The notes below the pieces were generated by a model. That model did no database searches. It was given only the letters and a program-made list of their open reading frames with translations, and was not told the DNA's origin. A program made the position numbers and the translations under genes. Positions 62,634-64,000 of a stretch of DNA of 64,000 nt are shown in pieces (position 1 is the stretch's first letter; every line of letters begins with the position of its first letter). Location of the stretch: the IMG/VR virus record IMGVR_UViG_3300031957_002643, positions 271,553 to 335,552 of that record, one strand, 5' to 3'.

Positions 62634-63425
62634 ATGGCTAAACCGAAATATACTCTGCAAGAAGAAATTGCTGCTATTATTCGTTTCCAACTTTCGGGCG
62701 ACGAGTGCGCCAAAAATATTATATTCAAGCAGTATGAAAGCCTTGTGCACATGCATGCACAACGCACCTTCAAGCAGTCGAACAAATCCAAGATCACATA
62801 TGATGATCTGGTTTCCGAGGGATTTTGCGGTTTGATGAAAGCACTGAAGAAGCATAATGTCTTCAGATGCGACAAGATGTATCCAACAGCATCATTCTAT
62901 ATCCGTGAAGAGATCAACTGTTATGTCATGGACACAATGTCTATGACCAGAAAACTTTCTACCAATTCAAATGGTAGAAAAATGTTCCATCGTTATGGCA
63001 AGACAATGAATGAGCTTGGATTTTCAAGCCCGCTTTCGCCGGACCAGATTGCACAAATGGCTGTGTCTCTGGACGTGCCAGTTAAAGATATCGAGTTCAT
63101 GGAAACCATCTATGCAACCGATAACGAGACTGATGAATCCATTCTTGAATGGAGATCAGATCACAATGATGAAACCATTGAAGGTGATCTAGATAGTTCC
63201 AGAATTCTCGGACTGCTGAAGGGGAAATATATCCATCAGTTGAATGAGAAGGAACAAGATATCGCTAAGAGAAGAATTCTGACCGATGATCCGGTCAATG
63301 CAACCGCCCTTGCAGAAGAATATGGTGTATCCACCTCTTCAATTTATCAGACCGAGAAGAAAGTTTCCGAGAAACTAATCAGTATGGTCCAGAAGGACAT
63401 GAAAATCGAGGTCAAAGCAGCATGA
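62634..63425 (+). CDS. RNA polymerase sigma factor (RpoH/sigma70-like)
   Basis: Region 2 DDLVSEGFCGLMKA..YIREEI..YV and region 4 LNEKEQDI..LAEEYGVS..IYQ.EKK. Confidence 0.85.
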   Translation: MAKPKYTLQEEIAAIIRFQLSGDECAKNIIFKQYESLVHMHAQRTFKQSNKSKITYDDLVSEGFCGLMKALKKHNVFRCDKMYPTASFYIREEINCYVMDTMSMTRKLSTNSNGRKMFHRYGKTMNELGFSSPLSPDQIAQMAVSLDVPVKDIEFMETIYATDNETDESILEWRSDHNDETIEGDLDSSRILGLLKGKYIHQLNEKEQDIAKRRILTDDPVNATALAEEYGVSTSSIYQTEKKVSEKLISMVQKDMKIEVKAA

Positions 63426-63553
63426 CAGATGAAGAGATGAAAGAATACATTAATGGTTGGATTGAAGTCTTCCTAATCGACTGGAAGTTCTATACCAGTT
63501 ACTATATGTTAATTCTTTGTATTATCTTACTGTTGGCAAACTTGTTCTCATGA
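63422..63553 (+). CDS. Small membrane protein (43 aa)
   Basis: Hand-translated; ATGA overlap with the sigma gene stop; one TM. Confidence 0.4.
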   Translation: MTDEEMKEYINGWIEVFLIDWKFYTSYYMLILCIILLLANLFS

Positions 63554-64000
63554 TATTGGGTCGGGGTTGGCAATAGGATCAGGCTCTACTTTTGTAATTC
63601 TGCCTGTTCTCTTCCAAGTCTGAATGTCAAATGATGGACACGCTTTGCGTCTTGCCGCAGGATAGTACGCATTGAAATCACGGTGTCCCTTCAGGTCTGC
63701 TGCTGGATAACGGCCTTCCAATTCATTCAACAGGGTTCTCAGTGCAGTCAATTGCGCATCCGTGAAATTGGCATTTGGTCTCATGCGTCCGTCTGAATCT
63801 GGTTCAGCGCCACCAACTACACAAATGGCGATTGATCTTGCATTTACATTTTGAACGCCAACATGAATTCCCGGTGTGGTTTCCGGCAAAGTATTGATAA
63901 TAGCACCATTGCGTTCAATCACATAATGGTATCCAATTCGCGACCAGCGATTTGATATCGTATGATATCTCTCGATGGATGATGCGTTAGCACCACTGTT
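63548..64000 (-). CDS. N-acetylmuramoyl-L-alanine amidase (Amidase_2 endolysin, 5'-partial)
   Basis: Frame is open to the window edge. Contains WSRIGYHYVIERNG, SIAICVVGG, FTDAQL..L, GHRD and KACPSF. Confidence 0.92.
   Translation of the reverse strand, partial: NSGANASSIERYHTISNRWSRIGYHYVIERNGAIINTLPETTPGIHVGVQNVNARSIAICVVGGAEPDSDGRMRPNANFTDAQLTALRTLLNELEGRYPAADLKGHRDFNAYYPAARRKACPSFDIQTWKRTGRITKVEPDPIANPDPIS

Overview
64-kb segment of a large T4-like (myovirus) dsDNA phage genome. The host is probably an alphaproteobacterium, inferred from a MucR/Ros gene and an RpoH-like sigma factor. Virion genes: tail collar fibre, PAAR spike, a 4,535-aa repeat tail fibre with accessory proteins, baseplate gp6 and gp25. 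Other proteins: rIIA/rIIB, an NAD salvage pair (NadM-Nudix plus NAMPT) beside NADAR, Pth2, HNH, ATP-grasp, DEDD exonuclease, amidase endolysin and many hypotheticals. There are nine CCA-ending tRNAs and one chimeric pseudo-tRNA. Two RNA-centred loci stand out. (1) A Ro60/Rsr gene whose leader holds four Y-RNA-like elements, two of them with circularly permuted tRNA modules. (2) A ~3.1-kb ORF-free, hairpin-dense region (25.35-28.44 kb) behind tandem sigma70 promoters and an rRNA-operon-style boxB/boxA antitermination signal, a candidate giant non-coding RNA. Three further candidate structured RNAs lie near 2.2, 24.9 and 50.8 kb. All calls come from reading the sequence by eye; no searches or folding programs were run.
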